From the sequence record OP953026.1: a stretch of 64,000 bases of DNA; one strand, written 5' to 3'. Under the pieces are notes generated by a model. That model had not been told where the DNA came from. It saw only the letters and a list, made by a program, of their open reading frames with translations, and did not search any database. Positions 44,975 to 54,439 of this stretch are shown here, one piece after another. Every line of letters begins with the position of its first letter. The first letter of the stretch is position 1. The translations under genes and the position numbers were made by a program.

Positions 44975-45379
44975 ATGAAAAACACTAAGAAAACAACTTA
45001 TAATGCTATCGATCTAAATAAATTAAGTAAAGATATGTTCAGTGGTAGTAGGACCTGGGCAGCGGTTGAGTTTGCAATAAGTTGTGCAAATGAGTTAATG
45101 GAATTAAATAGTAAAGGAAATATTATTTTATTTGATAACGATATTGTCGACAAAGTTGAATTTGAACTTAAGATCTATGATTGGTATGATGCACCACACG
45201 GATGTTATCTTTATAGATCTTTATGGAAAAATACTCAGGAAATTGTCTTTGGTGATAATGTAAACAAAGATGGAAGACTTGTATTGACTAAAAAAGAAGT
45301 ACGTGAATACTTTTCAAGATTCAAAATTTTCCGTAGTGTCATGTACTTATCCAATAGTATTAAAAAGTTAAAAGGGTAA
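44975..45379 (+). CDS. early hypothetical protein
   Basis: GAGGGG RBS favours ATG 44975. Confidence 0.75.
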   Translation: MKNTKKTTYNAIDLNKLSKDMFSGSRTWAAVEFAISCANELMELNSKGNIILFDNDIVDKVEFELKIYDWYDAPHGCYLYRSLWKNTQEIVFGDNVNKDGRLVLTKKEVREYFSRFKIFRSVMYLSNSIKKLKG

Positions 45380-45419
45380 CCCTTCCCTACTGATAATACA
45401 TTCAAACCATTTTAAAGCG

Positions 45420-45427
45420 TATATTAC
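45420..45427 (+). promoter_or_regulatory. early promoter
   Basis: TATATTAC. Confidence 0.85.
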
Positions 45428-45473
45428 AAACTTGATATTAAACCTTTAATTAATGTAAAAAGGAATCTATACC

Positions 45474-45989
45474 ATGTTCGAAATTAAATTTGCTAAAAAA
45501 GAACAATTTCCTGGCCGTGGTCACTGCATCGAACTTTATGGTGATTATGTCACCGAGCGTGTATGGTATGCAGTGAAACAAATGGTTGAATGCAACATCA
45601 CCAATCACGAGTTTTATAAAGCAAAAGAAGGTTTCAGTGTATTCTTCCAGGGTGGACATGATAACCCTCATGGGAAATGGATCCTTCTGGAATTCTGGGT
45701 AGATGATATCGAAAAGACCCGTGAGTTCGTTCGTCTCTTGACCGTCACTATTAATCGAGTATTGGTGGAGCGCTTTACTCAAATCTGCATTAACCCTAAT
45801 CAAATGGGTTATGCAGATGGGGCAGGTGCGTATGTTGCACTTGGTGAAATCCATAAAGAAACTGGATGTCGTGTTAATTGGGGTAGTCCGACTACACTTA
45901 TTACCTTCTATCCTGAAAATAACCTAGAACATCGGAAGGTACTCGACTTGTGTGAAACCTTCGAACTCCCTGTAACTAGCTGGGAATGA
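45474..45989 (+). CDS. early hypothetical protein
   Basis: 171 aa, AAAGGAA RBS. Confidence 0.85.
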   Translation: MFEIKFAKKEQFPGRGHCIELYGDYVTERVWYAVKQMVECNITNHEFYKAKEGFSVFFQGGHDNPHGKWILLEFWVDDIEKTREFVRLLTVTINRVLVERFTQICINPNQMGYADGAGAYVALGEIHKETGCRVNWGSPTTLITFYPENNLEHRKVLDLCETFELPVTSWE

Positions 45990-46243
45990 ATGGAGAATTA
46001 AATACCATGTATATAGTTATCCACAGAGACGAGTCTGAAAGACATGAACTGACTGTAGGTAATCCTAAAGATCTTATCGCAATCTTAGTCATTCTGGAAA
46101 ATAGCGATAAAGTCATCGAATATAAAGTTATCGATTCAGATGCTGGTGTAGTCAAGGACTTTAGATACTCGTTTGGTTGGGGTGACGGGTTCTTCACTAA
46201 AAATGTAAAAGATAATTTTAACTGGAATAAATCGAGTAAATAA
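45986..46243 (+). CDS. hypothetical protein
   Basis: 85 aa ORF. Confidence 0.7.
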   Translation: MNGELNTMYIVIHRDESERHELTVGNPKDLIAILVILENSDKVIEYKVIDSDAGVVKDFRYSFGWGDGFFTKNVKDNFNWNKSSK

Positions 46244-46245
46244 TA

Positions 46246-46455
46246 ATGACTGAGCAAAAGATTAGTAGTGAAGCTGTATCTGCATTTATACGTTCTCGGG
46301 GCGATCATGTTTGTTCCATTCGTGATACGATGCACGTTTATGTCGAATCTGATGAGGTGATAGTCAAGATTATAGATAATAACTCAGGTGGTTCAGCAAC
46401 ACACTACTCAGGTTGTGATGTAAACAACTTTGAAAGAATGTATGGTTCCGCCTAA
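46246..46455 (+). CDS. hypothetical protein
   Basis: 69 aa ORF. Confidence 0.7.
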   Translation: MTEQKISSEAVSAFIRSRGDHVCSIRDTMHVYVESDEVIVKIIDNNSGGSATHYSGCDVNNFERMYGSA

Positions 46456-46464
46456 TGAAATACA

Positions 46465-46482
46465 CCCTCCCTTCGGGGAGGG
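46465..46482 (+). terminator. intrinsic terminator
   Basis: CCCTCCC-TTCG-GGGAGGG. Confidence 0.85.
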
Positions 46483-46534
46483 CTTTATTATTAATACGCA
46501 CATATTTTTTTTAATATAGTAATTGGAGTTTATA

Positions 46535-46867
46535 ATGTTTAATAAGAACTTTATCAATGGTATTCAAATTCTTGTAACCGCCACCACTGTTACCACTGCT
46601 ATAATTAAATTAGTAGAGGCATATGACAAGTTAAGTGAAGAAAGAGCTGCTACAGATGCATGTAAAAAAATACATGTAGAGATTCAAAAACTAACCAGCA
46701 CGTTTATCGAACAAGATATACCCAATGAAGAACGTTGTGTTAAACTGCGCAAGGCTGTTGATTCACTAATTAATAAACATTGTTCTAAATTGACAGGTCG
46801 TAGGCGACTACGTGCTGTTGCTGAAATCACTCGACATGTAGATGACTATTGTCGGATATGGAAATAA
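46535..46867 (+). CDS. hypothetical helical protein
   Basis: GGAG RBS favours ATG 46535; resembles 48156-48554 in layout. Confidence 0.75.
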   Translation: MFNKNFINGIQILVTATTVTTAIIKLVEAYDKLSEERAATDACKKIHVEIQKLTSTFIEQDIPNEERCVKLRKAVDSLINKHCSKLTGRRRLRAVAEITRHVDDYCRIWK

Positions 46868-46894
46868 AAAATACATTCAAACCTATTTAAACAG

Positions 46895-46902
46895 TATATT
46901 AC
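46895..46902 (+). promoter_or_regulatory. early promoter
   Basis: TATATTAC. Confidence 0.85.
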
Positions 46903-46947
46903 AAAAGTGTAATTAAACCTATTAAATTAGTAAAAAGGAATCAAACC

Positions 46948-47208
46948 ATGGCAACTTTCCTGACTTTCAAATCTGACGAAGACTTGGAGAAAGAAGCAAT
47001 CCGCCGTGCACGTGCTATCATGGGTTTCCGTGGTGACCGTGATGCAGCTACTCGTCAGGTATGCATCAATCCTGTACGAGGTCAAGATTACCGTAACTGG
47101 TTGTCCCATAGTGCTACTTGGAAAGATGGTAACATTGTTGTTGATGAAGATAGCCTCATTGAGCTGGCCCGTGCCATCGTTGATGAGACCTATCTGCACG
47201 ATATGTAA
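46948..47208 (+). CDS. early hypothetical protein
   Basis: 86 aa, AAAGGAA RBS. Confidence 0.85.
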   Translation: MATFLTFKSDEDLEKEAIRRARAIMGFRGDRDAATRQVCINPVRGQDYRNWLSHSATWKDGNIVVDEDSLIELARAIVDETYLHDM

Positions 47209-47261
47209 TACCGATAGCTTATCTCAATAACCTCGAAGCAGTCTAATCAAAGGAAATCATC

Positions 47262-47417
47262 ATGAAAGCAATTGCCCTGGTTGTCGTTGGTATGGTATTC
47301 GGTGGTCTGTTCATCAATGCCAACTATGACAATGGTTCTAAGACTACTGCTCAAGAAGAAGTTGTACTGGGTCATCGCATCGCCCCTAATGGCGTTGAAA
47401 TTCTCGTTACCAAATAA
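47262..47417 (+). CDS. 51 aa secreted/membrane peptide (not in ORF track)
   Basis: AAAGGAA RBS; MKAIALVVVGMVFGGLFINA... Confidence 0.75.
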   Translation: MKAIALVVVGMVFGGLFINANYDNGSKTTAQEEVVLGHRIAPNGVEILVTK

Positions 47418-47443
47418 TCACCGCTATTAAATGGAGAATAATT

Positions 47444-47794
47444 ATGCTTAAAGATAATGTAGTCATCCTCGTCTGCGATCTTGTTGAAGAAAATGGCAAA
47501 ACTGTACGTGAGAATAATTTGGCTAAAAACCATAATATCGCTATTGGTGAGTTGGTAGAAGATGTACATTCAGGCACCCGTCTTTATGTTTTTGGGTATG
47601 GACGTGATTGCGACGGCACACCATTATATCACCTTACTGCCGATAGAGATATTATTGGTGAAGAAATAAATCAGGGTATTCCAGATCTTAAGAAAGAACA
47701 TATTGAAATATGGTTAGATGGAATTACCTATGGTAAAATTCTTTGGAACTATTCTTCTGAAGATAATCTGCGTGTTGTAAATTATTTAGTGTAA
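47444..47794 (+). CDS. conserved phage hypothetical protein
   Basis: HNIAIGELVE...RLYV...RDCDGTPLY motif. Confidence 0.8.
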   Translation: MLKDNVVILVCDLVEENGKTVRENNLAKNHNIAIGELVEDVHSGTRLYVFGYGRDCDGTPLYHLTADRDIIGEEINQGIPDLKKEHIEIWLDGITYGKILWNYSSEDNLRVVNYLV

Positions 47795-47808
47795 ATAAGG
47801 GTATAAAA

Positions 47809-48150
47809 ATGGAAGAGTCCGTAGCAATTAAAGTAGTCGACGACTTGCGCCGTCCGAATATCGTTGCTCGCATGAATGGTAAACTAGTCTACCATGCTCG
47901 TAACGTAGAAATAGTAGAAGGTAAGGATCTATGGCCGAACCGCACTGACGTAGATGGTGTTCGTGTACTGGTCGGCGAAACCTTCCTTAACGGTGAATGG
48001 GTACCCCTGCGTAGTTCTAGTCTGGTTAACGTAGATACTGTTACCGGTGTATACGAAACCCTCAACTCCGTTTACCTTGCTCCGGATCTTCTGGGAAGTC
48101 TCTCGGTTGGTCCCGATGTCTTCAATTCGGATGCTACTCTGAAAGGGTAA
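47809..48150 (+). CDS. early hypothetical protein
   Basis: 113 aa, AAGGGT RBS. Confidence 0.85.
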   Translation: MEESVAIKVVDDLRRPNIVARMNGKLVYHARNVEIVEGKDLWPNRTDVDGVRVLVGETFLNGEWVPLRSSSLVNVDTVTGVYETLNSVYLAPDLLGSLSVGPDVFNSDATLKG

Positions 48151-48155
48151 TAATC

Positions 48156-48554
48156 ATGAACTTCATTAAAGAAAATGCACTGGGACTCGGTCTCATTGTA
48201 GTTGCTGTTACCTCTACCGCAGTAGCAGCTATTCTGGCAGTAAAGGCAACTTACAAAGAGGAAGGCCCGACCGAAGTACAACAGATCGAAAACAGTATCT
48301 CGGACATCCTGATCGATAAGATCTCGACCTACCGCAACAGCGAACAACATCGCAAGCTGGTAAGTCGTATTCGTCGTGATCGCAATATCACAACGGAAGA
48401 GTTCATCAGCCGTATCCAGTTGGATATCGCCATGAACGTCCTGCCGGAAGTAGAAGTACTTCTGGAATCGCATCGTGACCAGGTAACCGAAGAAGAATTC
48501 GAACGCCTGGTAGCCAACCTTCAACACTTCGTACAACGGATCATTGCCAAATGA
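48156..48554 (+). CDS. membrane-anchored helical protein
   Basis: N-terminal TM. Confidence 0.85.
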   Translation: MNFIKENALGLGLIVVAVTSTAVAAILAVKATYKEEGPTEVQQIENSISDILIDKISTYRNSEQHRKLVSRIRRDRNITTEEFISRIQLDIAMNVLPEVEVLLESHRDQVTEEEFERLVANLQHFVQRIIAK

Positions 48555-48727
48555 AAGTAAAGATCGGAATGGGATTCATTGCAGTACTGATGGGTATCGC
48601 TGCCGCAGGTGGTGAGTTCTATTACGATCTCACTAAACCTGAGGGCAATGTATCTAAAGAGTGGTGCCAACACCCGGCTAAGCCGAAATGCACCATGTAC
48701 GCATTCAACGTCAAAGAGGACAAGTAA
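48551..48727 (+). CDS. 58 aa membrane peptide with Cys pair (not in ORF track)
   Basis: ATGA overlap; MKVKIGMGFIAVLMGIAAAGG...WCQHPAKPKC. Confidence 0.75.
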   Translation: MKVKIGMGFIAVLMGIAAAGGEFYYDLTKPEGNVSKEWCQHPAKPKCTMYAFNVKEDK

Positions 48728-49330
48728 ATGGAACAGCGTCTCCTGAAAGCTTTCAAGAACATGGATCCCGTGTTCACGCAGAAACAGCACAACGAGTTGA
48801 TCGATCGACGCGGTGCCGACATGGGTTTGACTGTTAAGGTCGACGCCATGCTACTGTTGATCAAGAACGACCCGGTCAAGTACAAAGACCTGGAAACCAA
48901 GATCATCGAAGACGCCATCGCCTTCATAAAAGGTGAGCGTTCCTCCGATATCGCCCTGGGCCTGTTCAACAAGATGGTCTATCAGGACGAAGGTCCCGAT
49001 GCAGTCGGCTTGTTGGAATATGCCAAAGCCGCCGAGTACATGTGCACGCACGTGGATGAATCCTGTGCATGGGTCAATACGTACCGTGATAAGCTGAAGT
49101 CTTTCATGGTCACTTTCACCTCTCAGTGCATTGGCAATGCTCTGGTTCGTTCTGAGCTGAGAACTCTTCAAGCTCAAAACTACAACATCGCCAAGCAAAA
49201 CTTTCGCAACATGAGTAAACCTGCCCCTGAAGGCACCGTAAAGGAACTGGCTGAAAAATACGGTAAGTCCATTTCGGAAATCCGCCGTATGAAAGCTGAA
49301 GGTCGTCTTGGGGAACTGACCCAGGAATAA
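48728..49330 (+). CDS. early protein with C-terminal HTH, gp13-like
   Basis: TVKELAEKYGKSISEIRRMKAEGRL. Confidence 0.8.
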   Translation: MEQRLLKAFKNMDPVFTQKQHNELIDRRGADMGLTVKVDAMLLLIKNDPVKYKDLETKIIEDAIAFIKGERSSDIALGLFNKMVYQDEGPDAVGLLEYAKAAEYMCTHVDESCAWVNTYRDKLKSFMVTFTSQCIGNALVRSELRTLQAQNYNIAKQNFRNMSKPAPEGTVKELAEKYGKSISEIRRMKAEGRLGELTQE

Positions 49331-49331
49331 T

Positions 49332-49358
49332 AGATGGGTCTCTTCGGAGACCCCATCT
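49332..49358 (+). terminator. terminator hairpin
   Basis: AGATGGGTCTC-TTCG-GAGACCCCATCT. Confidence 0.7.
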
Positions 49359-49425
49359 CAATGTGTCTTGGAAAGGATGCATTGAGATGTACTCAACTAA
49401 ACCCAAATGTAAAAAGGAAATTACC

Positions 49426-50538
49426 ATGAAACAATATCGCGAACCCACCACCCGTCTGACCAAAGAAAAACTGGAATGGGTTATCGAACGTCGCAAGGAA
49501 CGTAAAGCCGAGAGCCCCTTCGGCCGCGCTCATTTCCCTGCTGGTACCCGTGCAATCTTCGAGTCCTGTTCTCTCCGTTACCTGGATGAGAATGAACGTG
49601 TGTATCCTGGACAGCGCTACGAGACATTCGAAGCTACTGTTCTCGGCGTTGTGGCCAATGGTCATAACAGTTATGTCGCTATTCTGGACATGCCCTGTGA
49701 TCTTACTGAAAGCCGTAACAAGGCAATCAACGTCAGTTGGTGCCGTGGTATTGTATCGCGCGGTGAAGGTAATTTCACCTGGTTCAAAGAAGAGTCAACC
49801 GAGTATGATCGCAATCATGGTTGGAACATCCGTGAGAAACATCCGACTGTTCGTTGGGCAGAAGGTCCTCGTCCTACTAAAGTACGTAGCCTTACCTGGG
49901 CAGAGGAATTCGATTATAACCGCGCAGTAGATCCGGTATACATCGAAATCAACAAACATCACAGTCAGTACTATATCACTGACATGCGTTCGTTTGTGAT
50001 GTTCACTCTTCGGGAACATCCTGCTTATGCAAACTCGTTTAAAGATCATCTGCACAAACTGGACAAGCTAGTCATGGCGCTGTACTCCGATCCGACTATC
50101 AAAGCAGCTGAAGTAAAGCTGTCTCGCTACTCTGTTAGCTGGTTGATCAGCAAGAAGAAGTTCCATAAAGTCCTGCAACGCCTGCTTCCGTTCTACAAGA
50201 CTTCTCGTCGTAAGGCGCAAGAAGAAGACGATAAAGCAATTAGCGAGATGTATGAGGCTGAACTGGACCGTGACCTCAGTGAACAGTATGGTGAGTCTGA
50301 TGATACCTCGGATGAATCAAGCTATTCATGGAATGACAGCACGCCCCTGGATGATGATGATCTGAATGTGTTTGATATGTACGACGACTCGGCATGCTCG
50401 CGTGAAATCAGTGATGATGTTCAACCCAAAACTATTGGTGAACTCCTGCGTGAAGCAATGGAGAACCCTGAAGAAGAGAAATCCAAATTAGTTATTGGAA
50501 GTATGGAAACTCTTTCTAAAGCGGTTATCATCAAATAG
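49426..50538 (+). CDS. gp14-like early protein (reported ribosome-binding factor in phiKZ)
   Basis: 370 aa from ATG 49426 (AAAGGAA RBS); gene order and size match recalled phiKZ014; basic N-terminus, acidic tail. Confidence 0.65.
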   Translation: MKQYREPTTRLTKEKLEWVIERRKERKAESPFGRAHFPAGTRAIFESCSLRYLDENERVYPGQRYETFEATVLGVVANGHNSYVAILDMPCDLTESRNKAINVSWCRGIVSRGEGNFTWFKEESTEYDRNHGWNIREKHPTVRWAEGPRPTKVRSLTWAEEFDYNRAVDPVYIEINKHHSQYYITDMRSFVMFTLREHPAYANSFKDHLHKLDKLVMALYSDPTIKAAEVKLSRYSVSWLISKKKFHKVLQRLLPFYKTSRRKAQEEDDKAISEMYEAELDRDLSEQYGESDDTSDESSYSWNDSTPLDDDDLNVFDMYDDSACSREISDDVQPKTIGELLREAMENPEEEKSKLVIGSMETLSKAVIIK

Positions 50539-50553
50539 ATTACACGCAATAAT

Positions 50554-50571
50554 GGGAGTCTTCGGACTCCC
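50554..50571 (+). terminator. intrinsic terminator
   Basis: GGGAGTC-TTCG-GACTCCC plus TTTTATTTT. Confidence 0.9.
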
Positions 50572-50642
50572 TTTTATTTTCTACATCGTAATATTTTTTT
50601 ATTTAGCAATATATTCATAAACTGTAAAAAGGAAGATATCTC

Positions 50643-51644
50643 ATGATCATCAATGCAACCATCACTCGCGCAATGTTGAGTGCTCAAACTACAGAATCAT
50701 CGCTTCTGTTTATTCTGACACACCTACATGGCAGTCCAGATGCTACTTCGTCGGATATGAACGACACCAAGCGCATTCTCGCCTCTAATGATCCTCTAAG
50801 TACCCTGTGGCAATGTGGTTGCCATTTGGTCGTATCGGAAGACGAACGCTGGTTCATTTCTCCATTCGGTGATACTGTACGCCTGGCATACCAGCACAAA
50901 GTACGTGGTAGCTGGATTACTTTCGGCATAGACCTGTTCGATCCGGAAGAATCCGAATCGGTACTATTGGCTATCCGTAGGCGGCTCCGCACCGGTTTCC
51001 CAGCAGATGAACTTGAAGTTAACTGTGGTATCAAAGGTTACCTCGAAGAAAGTTACGAGGTCAACGGGACCGGTTTGTGGAGCGTAGGTCGGATCATTCT
51101 GGCTCTGCATCCCACCAGTCCTTTCCGTTTTGCTACTCTGGAACGTTTGTACGAGATTGCTAAGTTCCATAAGAACTACGCTGACATCGTGGATAATGTC
51201 GGGATCAATCATGATCGTAATTACCTGAATAACATCGTTGATGGAAAATGGGTGGTCGAAGAGAAAGATGCTCAAGCTGTATTGAACAGCTACTTCACTT
51301 CGATGCTGAAGTTATTCTTCGACCGTGGTTTCTACTATCAGGACACTATCGATGGCGGTAGGATCGATGTTCGTAGCAATGAAGGATCGTACTACCTCAT
51401 TGGTGGTAATGCCACTGTAAATACCATCAATATCACTTACCTCAGTGCTAACAAAATAGAGATTCGTGATGGAGAATGGGAGTTTGCTTGGGACTGCAAC
51501 AATACCGAATACTTCCCCATTGAAAATCCGGTAGATGCTCTGCTTGGTTTCCACAAGCGTGTAGGCCAGGAACATATCTACATGGCTTCTGGTCTGGGTA
51601 CTAGCCTGGAAGACATCCACAAGGTCCAACATACTCTAAAATAA
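50643..51644 (+). CDS. early hypothetical protein
   Basis: 333 aa, AAAGGAAG RBS. Confidence 0.85.
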   Translation: MIINATITRAMLSAQTTESSLLFILTHLHGSPDATSSDMNDTKRILASNDPLSTLWQCGCHLVVSEDERWFISPFGDTVRLAYQHKVRGSWITFGIDLFDPEESESVLLAIRRRLRTGFPADELEVNCGIKGYLEESYEVNGTGLWSVGRIILALHPTSPFRFATLERLYEIAKFHKNYADIVDNVGINHDRNYLNNIVDGKWVVEEKDAQAVLNSYFTSMLKLFFDRGFYYQDTIDGGRIDVRSNEGSYYLIGGNATVNTINITYLSANKIEIRDGEWEFAWDCNNTEYFPIENPVDALLGFHKRVGQEHIYMASGLGTSLEDIHKVQHTLK

Positions 51645-51656
51645 GGAAAATTAATT

Positions 51657-52136
51657 ATGTCGTATAGCTTAGGTATTGTCACTCGCAATAAGTCGGCACT
51701 GATTGTCACCAATGATTACAAATATGATGAGTTCGTTCTACTAAAACCGACCAGTGGTCTCAAGGTAGAAGGTCAGTTGGTGCAATTGGTCTGTATCTGT
51801 TTCGGTGACAAGGAAAAGCGTTCTCTGACTCACAAGATCATGACCAATGCTGAACAAGCAGATTACACCAAGGAAGACATCCTGGCTATGATGAAGGAAC
51901 ACGGTGTAGAACTGCGAGTGATCACTGATAAGGCAGTTCATGTATTTCAGTACATTCGTGATGTGGCTATCCATGGTGTGGTTGATTCCAATAACACCAC
52001 CTTCTGGTTCGGCGACACGGAACACCGAAAATTGTTTTATCCGTATTGCGGTATTGAAGGTAAATCTTTTCATCATGCCCATCGTGATAAAGAATTGTGT
52101 CGGGTATTTGAGTTTGTCGCTGTAATCAATTGGTAA
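51657..52136 (+). CDS. hypothetical protein, possible degenerate Ntn fold
   Basis: SYSLGIV...LIVTND and KVEGQLVQLVCICFG resemble 25358-26089. Confidence 0.65.
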   Translation: MSYSLGIVTRNKSALIVTNDYKYDEFVLLKPTSGLKVEGQLVQLVCICFGDKEKRSLTHKIMTNAEQADYTKEDILAMMKEHGVELRVITDKAVHVFQYIRDVAIHGVVDSNNTTFWFGDTEHRKLFYPYCGIEGKSFHHAHRDKELCRVFEFVAVINW

Positions 52137-52142
52137 CGATAT

Positions 52143-52168
52143 AAATACCCTCCTTCGGGAGGGTATTT
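52143..52168 (+). terminator. intrinsic terminator
   Basis: AAATACCCTCC-TTCG-GGAGGGTATTT. Confidence 0.9.
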
Positions 52169-52192
52169 ATTTTGTGATTAGAGGAATAAAAA

Positions 52193-52336
52193 ATGGTAGG
52201 TTATCGTATTATTGCTTTTAATGGTACTCAGTGGGAATCTCCGAGTGGGTACACCATTCAGCAAGCGGTGAATGAGTTCCTAAAGAAATATGATTTACAT
52301 GAATTAGATATTCGCAGTATTACCGCATTACACTAA
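52193..52336 (+). CDS. 47 aa peptide (not in ORF track)
   Basis: GAGGA RBS; MVGYRIIAFNGTQWESPSG... Confidence 0.65.
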   Translation: MVGYRIIAFNGTQWESPSGYTIQQAVNEFLKKYDLHELDIRSITALH

Positions 52337-52364
52337 ATCCAATTTTAAATAGGAATACGTATTA

Positions 52365-52757
52365 ATGAATTATAATGCAGAGAAATATGCCGCACTGCTA
52401 GTTTCAATTGCAGCAAACATTGACACTGTAAATAAACTCACCAAAGAAATTTTATCGTCTTCTGATAATAGGGATTTTCTCTATGATGTGCATCAAATGA
52501 CTGACATGTCCCTCGCCAGTCTTCATACGCATCTAACTAAAGAAGTCGAAAAGTTGGTAGAAACAATGGATCTAGTTAAAGATGGTCTATATGTCCAGGA
52601 TGTTGAACTCATTAAGGGTAAGGGAAACTGGCGACATATCGCGGATAATGAACCTACCATCAACGCTATTAAAGCACTGCGTAAACACATTGGCGAAATC
52701 AGTGCATTAGAAGCTAGAACTGTTGTTAAAGGTTACAAGGCAGGTGTCTTAAAATAA
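52365..52757 (+). CDS. protein with C-terminal ribosomal L7/L12-like motif
   Basis: INAIKALRKHIGEISALEARTVV resembles the KIxxIKxVRxxTGLGLKEAKxLV pattern. Confidence 0.6.
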   Translation: MNYNAEKYAALLVSIAANIDTVNKLTKEILSSSDNRDFLYDVHQMTDMSLASLHTHLTKEVEKLVETMDLVKDGLYVQDVELIKGKGNWRHIADNEPTINAIKALRKHIGEISALEARTVVKGYKAGVLK

Positions 52758-52819
52758 CATCGAATAGTATTAAGTCTATCTTCTAGGAGGTATACTTAAT
52801 AAATCATGAGGAAAATATA

Positions 52820-53149
52820 ATGTCCAATATGAAAAAATCTAGTTTGAAAGAATTCTTCGAACATATCACTCAGGCTGATCCATTTAATCCTTATTCCTTC
52901 ATCTACTCCAGACCTATACAATACATTGGTGAAGATAGCGAGTACGCACTACATGTTACGTATGTGCATGGTGCAGCTTACATTGAAGGTCTTGTTGGCC
53001 ATGAAGGAATCAGAATCAATGTATTCTACAATAAACTCCAAGGTATTCAACTTTGGACATACTTTGATAACGAACCTCGTGTTGATTCATGGCCGTATTA
53101 TCAAGTTGATGCAGCTTTAGAAGAAATCATCCGCCTAACTAAACTATAA
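52820..53149 (+). CDS. hypothetical protein
   Basis: 109 aa, GAGGA RBS. Confidence 0.8.
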   Translation: MSNMKKSSLKEFFEHITQADPFNPYSFIYSRPIQYIGEDSEYALHVTYVHGAAYIEGLVGHEGIRINVFYNKLQGIQLWTYFDNEPRVDSWPYYQVDAALEEIIRLTKL

Positions 53150-53169
53150 ACTCTATTTATAAAAAATAG

Positions 53170-53388
53170 GTGAAGAAAATGATCTATCTGGGATGGTTTA
53201 CCATTATCTTTGTTACAATGAGTCTATGTCTGTTTTATGTATTTTGTCACCGTAGTATTCGTGAATCACACCCAGGTGTAATAGAAAAACAGACTACTCG
53301 AAAAATTGTTATTTGGGCTGGTATTCTATTGGCACTCGCTTACTTAAATGAAATCAGCCGAGTCTATATAGAGCAGATGGTAACCTAA
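53170..53388 (+). CDS. small two-TM membrane protein
   Basis: two hydrophobic segments. Confidence 0.7.
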   Translation: MKKMIYLGWFTIIFVTMSLCLFYVFCHRSIRESHPGVIEKQTTRKIVIWAGILLALAYLNEISRVYIEQMVT

Positions 53389-53445
53389 ATATTCAATAAC
53401 TCCGAAATAATCAAAACTATTTAATATATCAAAAGGAATATTTCA

Positions 53446-53733
53446 ATGTTCGAAACTCAAGTCGCTCTTACTGATGAACTCAAACAGACTTTTGATCAGA
53501 TGACTCAAGAATTCATCCGTGAAAAAGGTTACATCACTTGTGAATTCTCGATTCAACAAAAATACCTCGTGGCAGCGCACGACTACGTTTATGTGAAAAA
53601 CCGCGAGCTGCCTTCGTATGGAATGTGGCGTATCTTCAAATGCGAGGCATGTATCAGCCATAATGTGGATCATCCTTATCATGTCGAAATCTTGGCACTG
53701 GCGGCCATCGATACGAAGGAACACAATATCTAA
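53446..53733 (+). CDS. hypothetical protein
   Basis: 95 aa, AAAGGAA RBS. Confidence 0.8.
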   Translation: MFETQVALTDELKQTFDQMTQEFIREKGYITCEFSIQQKYLVAAHDYVYVKNRELPSYGMWRIFKCEACISHNVDHPYHVEILALAAIDTKEHNI

Positions 53734-53783
53734 CAACTGGAAGATAATCATAATGTCCAACATACTAAATGTGAGCCCACCGT

Positions 53784-54089
53784 GTGGGAACAAGAGAAGT
53801 GATTAACATTAATCATGATCTACCTATCTGGATATTACTACTGTTAAGTACAGCTACATCATTCATCTACGCCTTTGTAAAAACCTTTCAACAAAGAAAC
53901 ATCTTTCATGGGTACAAAAAAGCTGCTTTCTTCACCTCATGGGGTATCAGTACCCTTGAGTTGACCACCATTGGACTATTTGTAATAGTGGGTCTTCCTG
54001 CTATCATATCCAGCGGTCTAGGTGGTTCGATAGGCGTCGTGTTGGCAATGACGTTCCATGATAAGATTTTTCGTAAAACAACAGAATAG
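53784..54089 (+). CDS. three-TM membrane protein (DUF5698/UPF0316-like)
   Basis: F.YAF.K.FQQRNI..G ... GLGGSIG...AM..H.K. Confidence 0.65.
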   Translation: MGTREVININHDLPIWILLLLSTATSFIYAFVKTFQQRNIFHGYKKAAFFTSWGISTLELTTIGLFVIVGLPAIISSGLGGSIGVVLAMTFHDKIFRKTTE

Positions 54090-54100
54090 GAAAAAACATA

Positions 54101-54439
54101 ATGTCTAGGAAACTTGGAAAGAAACATCCTCGCAATCATCACGAAGATGCAAAGAAATACGAAACTCGGCTACGTACCGAGAAAGCTGAGTTGGCTAACT
54201 GCCGGCTTGGTCAACTGTACTCGGTTCGAATCCTGAATGATAACTGCTTCTTGCGTAATCGATTCATGTGTCAGGAACAAGATATGTTCGATCCTCTTCG
54301 CTTGACCCGTGCTAAACGAGAACGTTATTTCAAAGGGGAGCGTTACTGGCTAAATGCCAACGGCGCTAAGTTCATCCGTTCCGATTATGAAAAGAACTGG
54401 GCCAAAAACAAACGTAAGGAGATGGCCAATGAGCAGTAG
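54101..54439 (+). CDS. basic hypothetical protein
   Basis: 112 aa, AGGA RBS. Confidence 0.8.
   Translation: MSRKLGKKHPRNHHEDAKKYETRLRTEKAELANCRLGQLYSVRILNDNCFLRNRFMCQEQDMFDPLRLTRAKRERYFKGERYWLNANGAKFIRSDYEKNWAKNKRKEMANEQ

Noticed and set aside
48072-51632. Many long antisense and alternative-frame ORFs (e.g. 48072, 48622, 48851, 49116, 50684, 51312)
   Set aside because: They are shadows of codon-biased + strand genes, with no SD or promoter support.
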